Assembly (NCBI GenBank): GCA_965249575.1
Contig: OZ252244.1
Span: forward strand, 2,656,001 to 2,720,000
Length of the DNA: 64,000 nucleotides
From: Gemmatimonadales bacterium
GTDB taxonomy: Bacteria > Gemmatimonadota > Gemmatimonadetes > Gemmatimonadales > GWC2-71-9
Direction: 5' to 3'
Positions 12,060 through 23,425 of the stretch are shown here, in pieces. Position 1 is the stretch's first letter. The number at the start of each line of letters is the position of its first letter. A program made the translations under genes and the position numbers. The notes below the pieces were generated by a model that did no database searches, was not told the DNA's origin, and saw nothing but the letters and a program-made list of their open reading frames with translations.

Positions 12060-13058
12060 CTAGTCGATGCGGCGGTGCGAGACTTCCCTGACCCCACCGT
12101 CGGAGCTTGGCTCCGAACGGTAGATATAGGTCGTTTCGTCAAGTTGGGCGATACCCTCCACCCCCTCCACGCCTACCATCCACGGTTCGATCGACATCAC
12201 CCTGGGTTCGACAATGAAGTTGCCGTCTTCGATTCGGTAGGTGCCGGCGCTGGCCCAGAAAACCGGTTGATGGCTCTCGTCCCAGATCTTGGCATAGCGC
12301 TCCCGCGCCTGCTCGCGGGGTGAGAGTGCGGCGAACTCGGCCGGGGTCACAACGCCACGCCCCTTCTTCATCCAGACATATGTCCAGTGCGTGTCGGTTA
12401 CATGGAACCACACGGTCCGGTGCTGGGCGACGTTCTGGACTTCACCGGTCTGCGTGTGCTTCGAGGTCATGACCTGCCAATTCCCCCTGAGGTCGGCCGG
12501 GTTGATGTTGCCCTGCTGCTCGGTGGGAAGTCGCCCCATGGTGTCGATCCGGCGGTGGTAGAATTCACGCACGGGTTCGTCTCCCCGGGGGACGGTGTGA
12601 TAGACGTACGCCGTATCATTGACGTATAGCACCTTCTCCACGCCGCCGAGCTGCACTTGCCAGGGCTCGATGGAGACCACGTTGGTGTAGTACATCCGGT
12701 CGCCGTCGAGCCAGTAGGTTCCTCCACTTCCCCAGAACCGCCATTGACCCTCGGCATCCCACATCTTCGCACGATTCTCCGCCGACTTTTCTCGAGGCGA
12801 CAGCGGGGCGAACTCCGCCGGAGTGCTCCCAACACTCTCGCCCCCCATCCACACGTACGTCCAGTGAGAACCGGTGTACTGCGTCCAGACGGTGCGTCGA
12901 TTGGCTGTGGAATCCACCTCGCCGGTCGCGAGGTTGGTGACCGTCATGATTTGCCAAGTGCCTTGGAGCATTTGATGATCGATGTCTCCCATCTGATTGC
13001 TCGGCGGGGCACACCCAACCCCAAATCCCAATAATGCAACTGTGAGAATACGGCTCAT
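12060..13058 (-). CDS. Lipoprotein with two tandem lipocalin-like domains
   Basis: GVGC lipobox; duplicated 'L.G.WQ.MT.....TGEV......RTVW...T..HWTYVWM' and 'SIEPW' units. Confidence 0.65.
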   Translation of the reverse strand: MSRILTVALLGFGVGCAPPSNQMGDIDHQMLQGTWQIMTVTNLATGEVDSTANRRTVWTQYTGSHWTYVWMGGESVGSTPAEFAPLSPREKSAENRAKMWDAEGQWRFWGSGGTYWLDGDRMYYTNVVSIEPWQVQLGGVEKVLYVNDTAYVYHTVPRGDEPVREFYHRRIDTMGRLPTEQQGNINPADLRGNWQVMTSKHTQTGEVQNVAQHRTVWFHVTDTHWTYVWMKKGRGVVTPAEFAALSPREQARERYAKIWDESHQPVFWASAGTYRIEDGNFIVEPRVMSIEPWMVGVEGVEGIAQLDETTYIYRSEPSSDGGVREVSHRRID

Positions 13059-13465
13059 CGACCGCCCCTGGTTCGGAGTGATGTGTGATCGCGCAGGAAG
13101 AGCCGGCGTCAGGACGCGCCTCGGCCGCCCGCCGGCGCGGCACGCAGCGCGCCTAGGTTACACCGGGCGGAGTGCGGTGTCCAGCGTCCGATTCGATCGC
13201 TTTGGAACCGGCACGCTCGACCGACTCGCCGGAACCGTGGGACCTGCGTAATGTTTACGTCTACAACGACGTTCCCGGGGGGGGTCGCTTTGGGCTGGTG
13301 TACCAGGGTGGAGCTCGTGGTGTAACGAAGAAATGGGACGAGCTCTGGAGTGCCTGGGTTACCCCGCGGGAAAAAGGGGATGCCGCGGGAACGTCACTGC
13401 GAAGTCAGACTTTCCCGGCCCGTCGTGGGAGCGGGAAGATCGGCGCGTCTGCGCGGAGGAACGGT

Positions 13466-14122
13466 ATGGCTGAGGAGGTATCGATATTCGACGCGGTTCG
13501 CGCGGGTGATGTCGCCCGTGTCAGAGCGTTCGTCACTGAGAATCCCGCACTGGTGAACTCGCGAAACGAGCGCGGGCATTCGCCCCTGCTCATCGCGCAG
13601 TACCGACATCAGCGGGAGATCGTAAGACTGTTGCTCACCAGGCAGCCGACGCTCGACGTTTTCGACGCGGCTGCGGTCGGCCGATCCGGCCGTGTCAAGG
13701 AACTGCTCACTGCCGATCTGAGTCTCGTTGCTGCGTGGTCGGCCGACGGGTTTACTGCGCTCCATTTGGCGGCATACTTCGGACACGAGGAAGCGGTGCG
13801 GGTGCTCTTGGGGCACGGAGCCGACGCACATGCCGTTTCCCGCAATGCCATGAAGGTTCAACCACTCCATAGTGCCGCGGCGGGCGCACACCGCGATACC
13901 GTCAAGCTACTGCTGTCGGCCGGCGCGGATGTGAATGCCCCGCAACAGGGCGGCTGGACACCCCTGCACGCCGCGGCTCGCGCGGGCGACATCGAGATCG
14001 CCCGCATGATGATGTCGCGAAACGGCGATCCAAAGCGTCAGGCCGATGATGGGCGGAGCCCCATCGGGGTCGCGGCCGAGCTCGGCGATGTCGAGATTCT
14101 GAAGGTGCTGAAGTCGGAGTGA
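13466..14122 (+). CDS. Ankyrin repeat protein
   Basis: 'GFTALHLAAYFG', 'QPLHSAAAG', 'GWTPLHAAA'; GGAGG before ATG 13466. Confidence 0.9.
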   Translation: MAEEVSIFDAVRAGDVARVRAFVTENPALVNSRNERGHSPLLIAQYRHQREIVRLLLTRQPTLDVFDAAAVGRSGRVKELLTADLSLVAAWSADGFTALHLAAYFGHEEAVRVLLGHGADAHAVSRNAMKVQPLHSAAAGAHRDTVKLLLSAGADVNAPQQGGWTPLHAAARAGDIEIARMMMSRNGDPKRQADDGRSPIGVAAELGDVEILKVLKSE

Positions 14123-15564
14123 CGGGCCGCGACATTCGGTCCAAGTCCATTGCCCGGTCCCCGCGCCGGGCCCCAGCCAGGACCGTCACGATCCTCTCCC
14201 TGGTGTTTCTCGTTACTTCCACGTCTGCGGTCGTTTCCCAATCAGAGCCTGCCGATTCCTCGGTCAGCTACTGGGGCACGATTCCGGAACGCTCGGATTC
14301 CGTCCTCCGCACGTTTGCTGATCGAGGAATGCCGCTGTGGGAATCGGTGCTCGTGTGGCCGTATCGGGTGATCGGGTTTCCCTTCACGGCGGTTCGGGCC
14401 GGGGTGGGGGTGTCAGTGGTGGCGATCGAGCGGAGCCGGCTGCCACGCACTATTGCGAGCATACTTGGTCCCCGCCAGGGGCCGTTTGGCTTGCTCCTCA
14501 CGTTTCGCGGCGGGGGACTTTCGGGCTTTGGTGGTGGATTGACCGTGGAGCACGATGCCCTACCGGCCGCGCCCAGCCGGGCACGATTGGGATTCCAGAG
14601 TACGGTGAAGGGGGACCACAAGGCGCACCTTGGCCTGCAGCTCGCTCCGGGAGGAACGTCTCACCCGACTGAGGTGGGAGCCGGACTGAGAATTCGGCTC
14701 AACGCCCGCTACTTCGGCATCGGATCACAGACCGCCGAGAGCGATGAATCGCGATACAGGCACGCGACGTCGTGGTTCGGCGCGAGCCATCGGAGGGCCG
14801 TGTTTCAAGGTTCGGCGTTCCTCGAGTTCGATGCCGTCGTAACGAGCGTGGGAGCCAGCTCTCCACGCGATGATGATGAGCCCGAATTGGCAGACGTTTT
14901 TGCCGGTGCCCTGCCGGCGGGGTACGACGAGAGCTCCGACGGCATCTCGGTTGGCATCACGCTCGCACACAGCGACGTTCCCGAGACGGCGCGGCCGAAT
15001 CGGGGCGGCCTCCGGCGCGCGCGGGCCACAGTATTCACCAGCACCGGTGGCCCGAGGTTCAAGTCCATAACATATCGGGGCGAGCTCCAGCAGTTCCTTC
15101 CCCTGTGGTTTCCCGATCACGTGCTTGCGTTCCGAGGTTTTTTCTCCTGGATCGACCCCATCGGGTCAGATCCGGTGCCGTTTCAGCGGCTCATGACCAA
15201 TAACGATCCCGATCTCCTGCGCGGCCACCGCGACTATCGGTGGCGCGACCGTGGAATGGTGGCGATCAGCATGGAGTATCGCTGGCCGTTTTGGGCGGCC
15301 GCGAGGGCCCACGCGCCGGGAGTGGATATGTACCTCCTTGGTGATGTAGGACAGGTGTTCGGGAGGCTCAGCGATATCACGCCGGCGGACCTCAGCGTGT
15401 CGGTAGGAGGAGGCTTCCGACTCGTCGGTCCCAATGGATTCATGGGACGCATCGAGATCGCGCGCAGCGAGGAGGAGTGGGTGTTCCGCCTCCGAGGTGA
15501 CCAGATTTTCCAGTTCGCCCGCCACGGACTGTTCTATGGTCGAGATCCGATCCCCCGCCGATAG
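14119..15564 (+). CDS. BamA/TamA (Omp85) family outer-membrane beta-barrel
   Basis: 'LLRGHRDYRWRDRG' (VRGY-like loop), 'EYRWP', 'SVGGGFR' alternating beta-strands. Confidence 0.7.
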   Translation: MTGRDIRSKSIARSPRRAPARTVTILSLVFLVTSTSAVVSQSEPADSSVSYWGTIPERSDSVLRTFADRGMPLWESVLVWPYRVIGFPFTAVRAGVGVSVVAIERSRLPRTIASILGPRQGPFGLLLTFRGGGLSGFGGGLTVEHDALPAAPSRARLGFQSTVKGDHKAHLGLQLAPGGTSHPTEVGAGLRIRLNARYFGIGSQTAESDESRYRHATSWFGASHRRAVFQGSAFLEFDAVVTSVGASSPRDDDEPELADVFAGALPAGYDESSDGISVGITLAHSDVPETARPNRGGLRRARATVFTSTGGPRFKSITYRGELQQFLPLWFPDHVLAFRGFFSWIDPIGSDPVPFQRLMTNNDPDLLRGHRDYRWRDRGMVAISMEYRWPFWAAARAHAPGVDMYLLGDVGQVFGRLSDITPADLSVSVGGGFRLVGPNGFMGRIEIARSEEEWVFRLRGDQIFQFARHGLFYGRDPIPRR

Positions 15565-15568
15565 ACCG

Positions 15569-17318
15569 ATGCGGCTGCCCCTCCCCGGGGGGGAAGAGGC
15601 CCCACGCGCACGCCCCCCCGCGAGTCGTGCGTTCGGCGCCCGCGCCGCTGTGGGACTCGTGGCCGCTCTCGGAACGGTGCTGGTTCCTCCTCCGCTCGAA
15701 GATGCGGCTGCGGTCTGGTACGAAGATGACCGCCGCGATGTCCCGCAACCCGAGGAGCGCTCGCCAAGCCTTGCGTGGGATGCCGCCCGGGAAGCGTTCT
15801 TCCGGCCGGTGGGCCGGCTCACGCACCTCGGTCGCCTCGTGCGGAGGGTCGGCACGCTGTTCGGTGGCGATCATGTTCCGCCGGCGGCCAATGTGAACGC
15901 TCTCGACGAGGTCCCGAACTCGACGTGGTTCACAAATCGGATTGGCCTGTATCCCACGGCGCCTGAGAAAGCCGCCCAGGGGCCCGGTCAGGGCGTCGGC
16001 CCCGATCGGTCCGATCCCTGGACCGTCATCAGCGCGAAGACAGAGGGCCTATCGACGGGATTCAACATCCGAGACGCCAAGGGTGAACGCTATTTGATCA
16101 AGTTCGATCCACCGGGGTTGACCGGGACGACGACCGCGGCGGGGGTCATCACCGGGCGCATCCTACACGCGGCGGGCTACAACGTGCCCGACGACAACGT
16201 GGTGTTCTTCCGCCGTGAAGATGTGCGGGTCGGTGATGGAGTGCTCCTCACGGAGGAGGACGGGACGGAGCGGAGCATGTCGGAGGCGGACCTCGACGAT
16301 CTGCTCGCGCGGGTCGACCGCCCGGCCGACGGCACGTGGCGCGCGATCTCCAGTCGGTTCTTGCCCGGCGTGCCGGTTGGGCCCTTCGAATGGGTCGGCC
16401 GCCGGAAGGACGATCCAAACGATCGGGTCAGTCACGAAAACCGGCGTGAGCTGCGAGGTCTGCGAATCTTCTCGGCCTGGCTTTGCCACTACGACACCAA
16501 GCAGCTCAATACCCTCGATACTTACGTCGAGGAAGATGAGCGGGGCTTCGTTCGGCATCATCTCATCGATTTCGCAAGCACGCTGGGTGTGGGTGCAACC
16601 GGGCTGTCACCGCAGCGTTGCTTCGAGCACGATGTCGATTTCGTCGCGATGCTCGGACGGGCCGTTTCCCTTGGGCTCCACCAGGATCCCTGGCGACGGA
16701 TTCAACGGCCCGAGGGTCTCGATGAGGTCGGCTACCTCGAGAGCGAGGAGTTCGACCCAAGGAGCTTCAAGCCGCTCCAGTCGAACGGCGCGTTCGCGAA
16801 TATGACCGACCGCGATGCCTACTGGGCGGCGAAAATTCTCTCCGCGTTCAGGGACGATCATCTGCGGGCGATCGTCGCAAGGGGTCAATATCGAAACCCG
16901 GGAGCCGCGGCCTGGGTCGCTCGCGTTCTGGCCGAGCGCCGCGACGAGATTGCGCGCGTTTGGTTCGACAGATTGCCGCCCCTGGATTTTTTTACGACGG
17001 CCGGTTCCATCGTCGGGTTCCACGACCTGGGGGTGGAGCGTGGGATCTATCCCGGACGGTCAGCGCGCTACCGTGCACGGATCGCCGCGGTTACCGCGGA
17101 CCGGCGCACATCGGAATGGGGTGGCTGGGCGGAGCTCACGGACACCAGGCTGGACTTGGCGAATGCATCCTCCAGCGACCTCCTGCGACGCGCGCCGGAG
17201 GACCCCTTCGGCTTTGTGGCTGTCGAGCTTCAGGTGCACCGGGGCGGACCGGTGGAGTGCTGCCGTGACCGCTTACCTGTCGCGGGGCACGAATCGGGTC
17301 GTCGCGGTCGGTCGGTGA
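15569..17318 (+). CDS. Exported hypothetical protein with kinase-like motifs; probable frameshift near 17240
   Basis: 'YLIKFD', 'HYDTKQLN', 'HLIDF'; plausible C-terminus 'WSAAVTAYLSRGTNRVVAVGR*' lies in another frame ending at 17318. Confidence 0.6.
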
Positions 17319-17359
17319 CCGAGCGGAGCAGACGGCTTCAGACTTATAGGAGATCAGGC

Positions 17360-17914
17360 ATGAACCTCACGAACGCGAAGCGCGTGTGGCCGTGGGTCCT
17401 GTCCGTAGTCATACCGATCCCGGCCGTGGCCCAGGAAGTGCCGGAGGCTCGGGACCTCCCGATCGCTGGGTTCGCGTTCGATCTCGATCTATCGCTCCCG
17501 GGAAGCCCGGAGATCATCTATGACGCCTTCACCGGCGACATCAGCGGCTGGTGGGATCACACGTTCAGCGATGCGCCGCGCGCACTCTACATCGAGCCGA
17601 CGCCTGGTGGCGCGTTCATGGAGCTCTTCGACGAATCGGGCGACGGCGTGCGGCACGCCACGGTGACGGCCGCCAAACGCGGTGAGCTCCTGCGACTCTA
17701 GGGCCCGCTTGGGTTGGCGGGGAACGCGTTGGACATGGTGCACACGATCGCCTTCGAGGCAGTCGGAGACAGTACTCGATTGGCACTGACCGTCCGCGGC
17801 GCGGGACAGCTTGAGGAGGGCTGGAAGGGAGCCGTGGCGCGGGTCTGGTGGCACTTTCTCGTGGAGCGGTTCAAACCGTTCGTGGAGTCAGGCCGCCACC
17901 TGCGCTCCCAGTAG
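17360..17914 (+). pseudogene. Secreted SRPBCC/Aha1-like protein with in-frame TAG at 17699-17701
   Basis: AGGAG-ATG at 17360; 'IYDAFTGDISGWW...LLRL*GPLGLAG' continues in frame into ORF 17714-17914. Confidence 0.7.
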
Positions 17915-17992
17915 CAACCCTTCGTGGCGCCCCCACGACGGGCTCATCGGTTGCGGTGAGGTGGTGGCCAAAGCTTCGTCAGTGTATTTTGT

Positions 17993-19075
17993 ATGCCTCG
18001 CGCGCGTCTCCTCACATTTCGCCACCAATCACATCACTCGGGGGGGCCTATCTCTGGCCGTGACGTTTCGTCAAAGCTCGAAATAGGCGACGTACATTCA
18101 ATCGAGGCCGGACAGGTCGTCAGCGCTCCGGCTCTGGCCGATCCCGTTCCCGAGTTTGCGCGGGCCGTCGTCGTCGGGCTGAGCGACCGGCCGCTCTGGT
18201 TGCCCTGTCGCTTCCTGTACGACGAAGCGGGCAGCGAGATCTTCGAGAGGATCACGAGTGCGGCCGAGTACTATCCCACACGCAAGGAAGCCGAGATTCT
18301 CGCGGCGGCGGCAGATGATATCCGGGAGCGCACAGGGCCGGTCACGCTGGTCGAACTGGGCTCGGGCAGCTCCGCGAAGACGGATCTGTTGTTGCGGGCG
18401 TACGCACAGGATGGCTCGCGAGTCCGTTACGTACCGATAGACGTGAGCGAGAGCGCGCTCGTCGAGGCCGCCGATTCGATCACTCGCCGGCATCGGGAGG
18501 TCGAGGTTCGGGGGATACACGCCACGTACGAAGCCACATTCCCGCTCCTCGGGCAGGTATCGCCGGCTATGGTGTTGTTTCTCGGGAGCACAATCGGCAA
18601 CCTGAACCAGACTGAGGCCGCTCAGTTTTGGACTGCGTTTGCGAGCCACCTCGGGGCGGGTGATTTCGTCCTCCTCGGGCTCGACCTCGTCAAGGATCCG
18701 GACATCATCAACCCCGCGTACAACGATGCCGCGGGGCACAGCGCGGCATTCACGAAGAACATGTTCGAGCGGATGAATCGAGAGCTCGGAAGCGACATCG
18801 ACATTGACGCCATTGAACACGTCGCGGCCTATCGCGAGCAGTGGCAGCGGGTCGAGATCTTCGCGCGATTCTCACGGGACCAGGCCATCTTCGTCGAACC
18901 CTACAATCAGTCGATCAGTGTCGCAGCCGGTGACCAAATCATGACGGAGGTGAGCCGGAAGTTCATACTCGGGCAACAGGAACGATACCTTGCCTGCTTC
19001 GGCCTCGAGGTGACGGAGATCTACCTGGACTCAGACGAGTGGTTTGCAGTCCTCCTTCTGCAGCGGCGCCGATAG
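17993..19075 (+). CDS. egtD: L-histidine N-alpha-methyltransferase (start uncertain)
   Basis: 'LYDEAGSEIFERIT..EYYPTR', 'LVELGSGSSAKT', 'FLGSTIGN', 'AYNDAAG', 'TEVSRKF'. Confidence 0.9.
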   Translation: MPRARLLTFRHQSHHSGGPISGRDVSSKLEIGDVHSIEAGQVVSAPALADPVPEFARAVVVGLSDRPLWLPCRFLYDEAGSEIFERITSAAEYYPTRKEAEILAAAADDIRERTGPVTLVELGSGSSAKTDLLLRAYAQDGSRVRYVPIDVSESALVEAADSITRRHREVEVRGIHATYEATFPLLGQVSPAMVLFLGSTIGNLNQTEAAQFWTAFASHLGAGDFVLLGLDLVKDPDIINPAYNDAAGHSAAFTKNMFERMNRELGSDIDIDAIEHVAAYREQWQRVEIFARFSRDQAIFVEPYNQSISVAAGDQIMTEVSRKFILGQQERYLACFGLEVTEIYLDSDEWFAVLLLQRRR

Positions 19076-19121
19076 CGGGGGTTGAGGCCGCGAGGCGAAT
19101 CCTCGCTCGTCGACTGCGTCC

Positions 19122-20477
19122 CTAGCGGGTCGCTACAGATTGCAGCACCTCCTCGATCACATCGAAAACCGAGTGTGCTTCCGTGTCGCTGATGCAGTAC
19201 GGGGGCATGACGTATAGCACGTTTCCAAGCGGCCTGAGGAGGACGTTACGAGCCAAGAACTCCCGGTATAAGCGAGGCCCCATAGAATCGACATACCCGC
19301 CGCCCTTGGCTGGGGCCACGTCCAGGGCGGCAATCCCGCCGATGGCGCGCACGTTCGAGACCGCTGGGAGCCGATCGAGTGCGCCGAGCCGCTCGGTAAA
19401 CAGACTCTCGAGCCGTCGGACGCGCTCGAGGCAGCCATCCTCATCGAAGAGACGGAGACTCTCGAGTCCCACCGCGCACGCCAACGCATTGCCGGTGTAG
19501 GAATGTCCGTGCCAGAGGGTGCGTCGGTAGTCCTCCGCGAGGAACGCGCCGTAGATCTCCTCGGTGCACAGAGTGGCACCAAGGGGCAGGTAGCCAGCGG
19601 TCAGAGCCTTTGAAAGGCACAGGATGTCCGGGGTGACGGGCCCGTGCTCGCAGGCGAGGAATGGGCCGGTACGCCCAAACCCGGTGAGCACTTCATCGGC
19701 GATGAGAAGAGTTCCGGCGCGCGCTACGATTTCGTGCACATGGCGGAGAAACGCCGGAGGCCACACGACCATCCCCCCGGCACCCTGTAGCATCGGTTCT
19801 ATGATGACCGCCGCGATCCGGTCGCTTTCGGCGGCCACGATGCCGTCGAGCGTATGGTGCGGCGCGTCGGAATCAAGCTCCAGAGGCGGTCCCCCCGCAG
19901 GCACGTGGGAATCGGCGACCGCGGTGACTCGCCGCACCTCGAACAGAAGATCGGTAAACTGTTCGTGGAAGATTGGAACGCCTCCCGCCGCCATGGCGCC
20001 GAACGTGTCACCGTGGTATGCGTTCTGGAGTGCCACGATCAGGTTCCGCTGCTGTTCGCCCCGGTTCCGCCAGTACTGGTATGCCATTTTGATCGCCACT
20101 TCCACCGCCGTCGAGCCGTCGTCGGAGTAGAATACGCGCGTGAGCGGTTGAGGGGTTCGGCGGGTGAGCTCTTCGGCTAGGCGCGCGGCGGGCTCGTGCG
20201 TGAAACCGGCGAAGATCACTTGTGCGAGCGTGTCGGCCTGTGCCGCGAGTGCCCGATTGAGCCGGGGGTGGTTGTGTCCGTGGATATTGACCCACCATGA
20301 TGAGATCCCATCGAGGATCCGCCTCCCGTCCGGCGTGTAGAGGTAAATCCCTCGCGCGCGCTCGATGGGAATGACCGGCGGGGCCGTCAATGCTTGAGTG
20401 TAGGGGTGCCACACACGGTCCCGGTCAAAGCGAATCCAGGAGGGCGACCCCGGTTCGGGGGATACCGGGCTCGTCAC
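19122..20477 (-). CDS. bioA: Adenosylmethionine-8-amino-7-oxononanoate aminotransferase
   Basis: 'VWHPYTQ', 'DGISSWWVNIHGH', 'IADEVLTGFGRTG', 'LSKALTAG'; GTG overlaps the bioD stop. Confidence 0.95.
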   Translation of the reverse strand: MTSPVSPEPGSPSWIRFDRDRVWHPYTQALTAPPVIPIERARGIYLYTPDGRRILDGISSWWVNIHGHNHPRLNRALAAQADTLAQVIFAGFTHEPAARLAEELTRRTPQPLTRVFYSDDGSTAVEVAIKMAYQYWRNRGEQQRNLIVALQNAYHGDTFGAMAAGGVPIFHEQFTDLLFEVRRVTAVADSHVPAGGPPLELDSDAPHHTLDGIVAAESDRIAAVIIEPMLQGAGGMVVWPPAFLRHVHEIVARAGTLLIADEVLTGFGRTGPFLACEHGPVTPDILCLSKALTAGYLPLGATLCTEEIYGAFLAEDYRRTLWHGHSYTGNALACAVGLESLRLFDEDGCLERVRRLESLFTERLGALDRLPAVSNVRAIGGIAALDVAPAKGGGYVDSMGPRLYREFLARNVLLRPLGNVLYVMPPYCISDTEAHSVFDVIEEVLQSVATR

Positions 20478-21139
20478 TGCAGGTGTTGCTTGAGGTGAGC
20501 TGGGCGATCGAAGCGCTTCGCGGCTCGTGACAGACTCTGCCGGTCGAGGGGCACGATCGGTTGGACGGACGCCACCACACGGGTGTGGCCAAATCGTTCG
20601 ATCGCCCTCCTGTTTTCCAGATTGCGCGGCCCATTCAGCACCACACCGATCAGTCGCAGCCCCCGTGCGCGGAGCGCCTCGAGCGTGAGGAGCGTGTGGC
20701 TGATGGTCCCGAGTGTGCTTCGGGCGACGAGGAGACACGGCAGGCGGACCGCCTCGAGGAGATCCGCAAAGAAGTACCCGCCGTCGGTGAGCGGCACGAG
20801 CAGGCCACCAATGCCCTCGACGACGATCCCGTTTCCGACCGGGCCCTTCAGGTGCCCGGCCGCCGCTCGCCGGAGACGCCTGGGATCGATCGGAGATCCC
20901 GCCCGGCGCGCTGCCAGATGCGGTGATACGGGAGGGCCGAAAGCCCGATGTTCGGGAAGAATCGTGCAGCGGTGCCCGGCGAGTCGCCGGACGATAGCGG
21001 TGTCGGATCCCTCCACTCCCCCCGTCGCTACAGGCTTCCAGTACGCCACCGGAACGCGAGCACCGTAGCGCGCCAACAACAGAGCCGACACGATGGTTTT
21101 CCCAACACCTGTGTCCGTACCGATGACCGCGAGACTCAC
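20474..21139 (-). CDS. bioD: Dethiobiotin synthase
   Basis: 'GTDTGVGKT', 'WKPVATG', 'VEGIGG', 'LGTISHTLLT'. Confidence 0.95.
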   Translation of the reverse strand: MSLAVIGTDTGVGKTIVSALLLARYGARVPVAYWKPVATGGVEGSDTAIVRRLAGHRCTILPEHRAFGPPVSPHLAARRAGSPIDPRRLRRAAAGHLKGPVGNGIVVEGIGGLLVPLTDGGYFFADLLEAVRLPCLLVARSTLGTISHTLLTLEALRARGLRLIGVVLNGPRNLENRRAIERFGHTRVVASVQPIVPLDRQSLSRAAKRFDRPAHLKQHLQ

Positions 21140-22296
21140 GGTGTCGCGGTGGCGAGCGTTGCGTGCGTTTGCGCGGCGCTGGCCCCCACGGCGCATGCGA
21201 GGCTCGCGATCTGCTGCTCCGAGTGATCGGCGTGCACCGAGATTCGGAGCCGCGCACCGTGCGGTGGTACTGTCGGCGGTCGAATGGCGCGCACGTCGAA
21301 TCCCTCGGCGCGGACCGCAGCTGCGACTGCCAGCGCGCGCGCGTTCTCGCCCAGCAACACCGGAACGATGGGGCCCTCGCTGCGCAGGCAATCACAGCCG
21401 GCCGCGCGTAGGGACTTCCGCAATCGATCGGCGAGCTCCAGCACACGGCCGCGCAGAGCCGGGTGAGATTCCGCGAGATCGAGCGCGGCCTCGACGGCGT
21501 GGATCAGGAGTGGGGGGACGGCGGTGGTGAAGATGAACGCCCGAGAGCGATTCACGAGGTATTCGATTACTACTCTGGGTGCCGCTACGAACGCGCCGGC
21601 GACTCCGAGCGCTTTGCCGCACGTCGCGACGATGGCAAGCGCTCTACCCGCGACCGCGAAATGCTCGGTCAGTCCGGAACCGCGCGCGGGGCCGTACACA
21701 CCGGTTGCGTGGGCGTCGTCCACGATGAGAGACGCCCCATACTTGTCGGCGAGGTCGGCGTAACGGTCCAGGGGCGCGATATCCCCGTCCATGCTGAACA
21801 GAGATTCCGACACCAAGAAAGTGCGGCCGCTGGCGTGCGGCTGGCGAAGGTGCCGCTCGATCCCCTCCAGGTCCAAGTGGGGCACGATCGTTTTTTGACA
21901 CCCGCTCAGTCGCAGGCTGTCAATGATGCTGGCGTGGTTGCGCGCGTCGCTGATGGCGCGATCGTTGGGTTCGATCAGTGTCGTGATAAGGCCGATATTG
22001 GCCTGGTATCCGCTCGGGAAAAACAGAGCCGCTTCTGTACCCTTGTACCGGGCCAAGCGCTCCTCGAGCGCTGCGTGCGCGCCGGTGTGTCCGCGCAGTA
22101 ACCGAGACGCCGGCGCGCTCACCGGTGAGCCTTCCATCTTGGCGCGCGTACGCTCCCACAGCTGAGGATGGAGGGCCAATCCGAGGTAGTCGTTCGAGGT
22201 GAAGTCGAGTCCCTGCGGTTCCGCCAGTGTCCGGTAGAGGTCCTCCGACCGCAGACGCTCGAGCCGGGCGCCGATTTCGTCGCGGTGGTTACTCAC
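21136..22296 (-). CDS. bioF: 8-amino-7-oxononanoate synthase
   Basis: 'SNDYLGL', 'NHASIID', 'ESLFSMDGD', 'VDDAHA', 'GKALG', 'IRPPTVP'. Confidence 0.95.
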   Translation of the reverse strand: MSNHRDEIGARLERLRSEDLYRTLAEPQGLDFTSNDYLGLALHPQLWERTRAKMEGSPVSAPASRLLRGHTGAHAALEERLARYKGTEAALFFPSGYQANIGLITTLIEPNDRAISDARNHASIIDSLRLSGCQKTIVPHLDLEGIERHLRQPHASGRTFLVSESLFSMDGDIAPLDRYADLADKYGASLIVDDAHATGVYGPARGSGLTEHFAVAGRALAIVATCGKALGVAGAFVAAPRVVIEYLVNRSRAFIFTTAVPPLLIHAVEAALDLAESHPALRGRVLELADRLRKSLRAAGCDCLRSEGPIVPVLLGENARALAVAAAVRAEGFDVRAIRPPTVPPHGARLRISVHADHSEQQIASLACAVGASAAQTHATLATATP

Positions 22297-23267
22297 GTGG
22301 CGGTGAGTGCCGTCAGCCCCAGTTTGGCGAGCAATCGCTCATCTTGATCTGGCCCTGGGTTGGGCGTCGTCAGGAGCTTCTCCCCCGTGAAGATGGAATT
22401 CGCGCCGGCGATGAAGCAAAGCGCCTGCGACTCGTCCGAGAGGCTCGTGCGGCCCGCGCTGAGGCGAACGCGAGCGCGCGGAAAGACGATTCGGCTCGCT
22501 GCTATCATTCGTACCAGGTCGATGGGATCCAAAGCCGGGGCATCTCCGAGCGGAGTCCCTGGCACCGCGACTAGCGCGTTGATCGGCACGCTCTCGGGGT
22601 GCGGTTCGAGCCGCGCCAGCACCCCCAATAGCGCGACACGATCGTCCAAGCGTTCGCCCATCCCAATGATTCCCCCGCAGCAGACGGAAATACCAGCTTC
22701 CCGCACGTGCCCTAGTGTCTCGAGCCGGTCCTCGTAACGCCGGGTGGAGATGATCTGGCCGTAGTATTCCGGTCCCGTGTCGAGGTTGTGGTTGTAGGCG
22801 GTGAGCCCCGCTTCCGAGAGCCGCCGCGCCTGTGCGGCCCCTAACATCCCCAGCGTGCAACAAGCCTCCAACCCGAGCTCGCGGACCCCGCGCACCATCT
22901 CGAGGACCCGGTCGAATTGGGATCCCTGAGGTGCCGACCGCCACGCCGCCCCCATGCAAAACCTGGTCGAGCCGTTGGCCCGGGCAGCCCGCGCGGCGTC
23001 CAACACCCGATCTACTTCGAACAGCGGCTCGCCGGAGACGCCCGTCTCGTAACGCGCGCTTTGCGGACAGTACGCGCAGTCCTCGGGGCACCCTCCCGTT
23101 TTGATCGACAGCAGTGTGCAGAGCTGTACCCGATTGGGATCGTGATGCGCGCGATGGACTGCTTGTGCGTCAAAAAGCAGGTCGGGCAGTGACCGATCGA
23201 ACAGGGCGCGGATCTCGGCGTCCGTCCAATCGTGTCGTGTTGGCATGGCGTCGGCCGCGGTTTGCAT
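22293..23267 (-). CDS. bioB: Biotin synthase (radical SAM)
   Basis: '[15 protein letters not shown]', 'RFCMGAAWR', 'YNHNLDT', 'ESVPIN'. Confidence 0.97.
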   Translation of the reverse strand: MQTAADAMPTRHDWTDAEIRALFDRSLPDLLFDAQAVHRAHHDPNRVQLCTLLSIKTGGCPEDCAYCPQSARYETGVSGEPLFEVDRVLDAARAARANGSTRFCMGAAWRSAPQGSQFDRVLEMVRGVRELGLEACCTLGMLGAAQARRLSEAGLTAYNHNLDTGPEYYGQIISTRRYEDRLETLGHVREAGISVCCGGIIGMGERLDDRVALLGVLARLEPHPESVPINALVAVPGTPLGDAPALDPIDLVRMIAASRIVFPRARVRLSAGRTSLSDESQALCFIAGANSIFTGEKLLTTPNPGPDQDERLLAKLGLTALTAT

Positions 23268-23425
23268 TGGATCGAAGCGTCCGGTGGAAGGTTGGGGTGT
23301 TGTGCGGGCGCACGCACCGCGGCGCTGGCGAAGAGAGATAGCATACGGAAGAGAGCAAGGGCGGCGCAAGGCCAGGCGTCTATCGGACGTTGTCTTTCGG
23401 ACGCATTGCGGTGATAATGTAGTCG

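Noticed and set aside
2804..17701. Amber (TAG) recoding suggested by in-frame TAGs in ku and the SRPBCC gene
   Set aside because: The two sites imply different residues (probably Trp and Glu), TAG ends many intact genes here (e.g. 15564, 19075, 40038), and no suppressor tRNA or pyl genes are seen. Point mutation or sequencing error is simpler.
15434..17701. 755-aa kinase-like/SRPBCC fusion ORF
   Set aside because: An internal RBS, ATG and signal peptide at 17360 and an alternative-frame C-terminus ending at 17318 indicate two genes joined by a frameshift.
19122..21446. 774-aa BioA ORF suggesting a BioD-BioA fusion
   Set aside because: The N-terminal extension is an off-frame reading of bioD; bioA starts at GTG 20477, overlapping the bioD stop.
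23268..23425. BirA operator upstream of bioB
   Set aside because: No convincing palindrome matching known biotin operators is visible.
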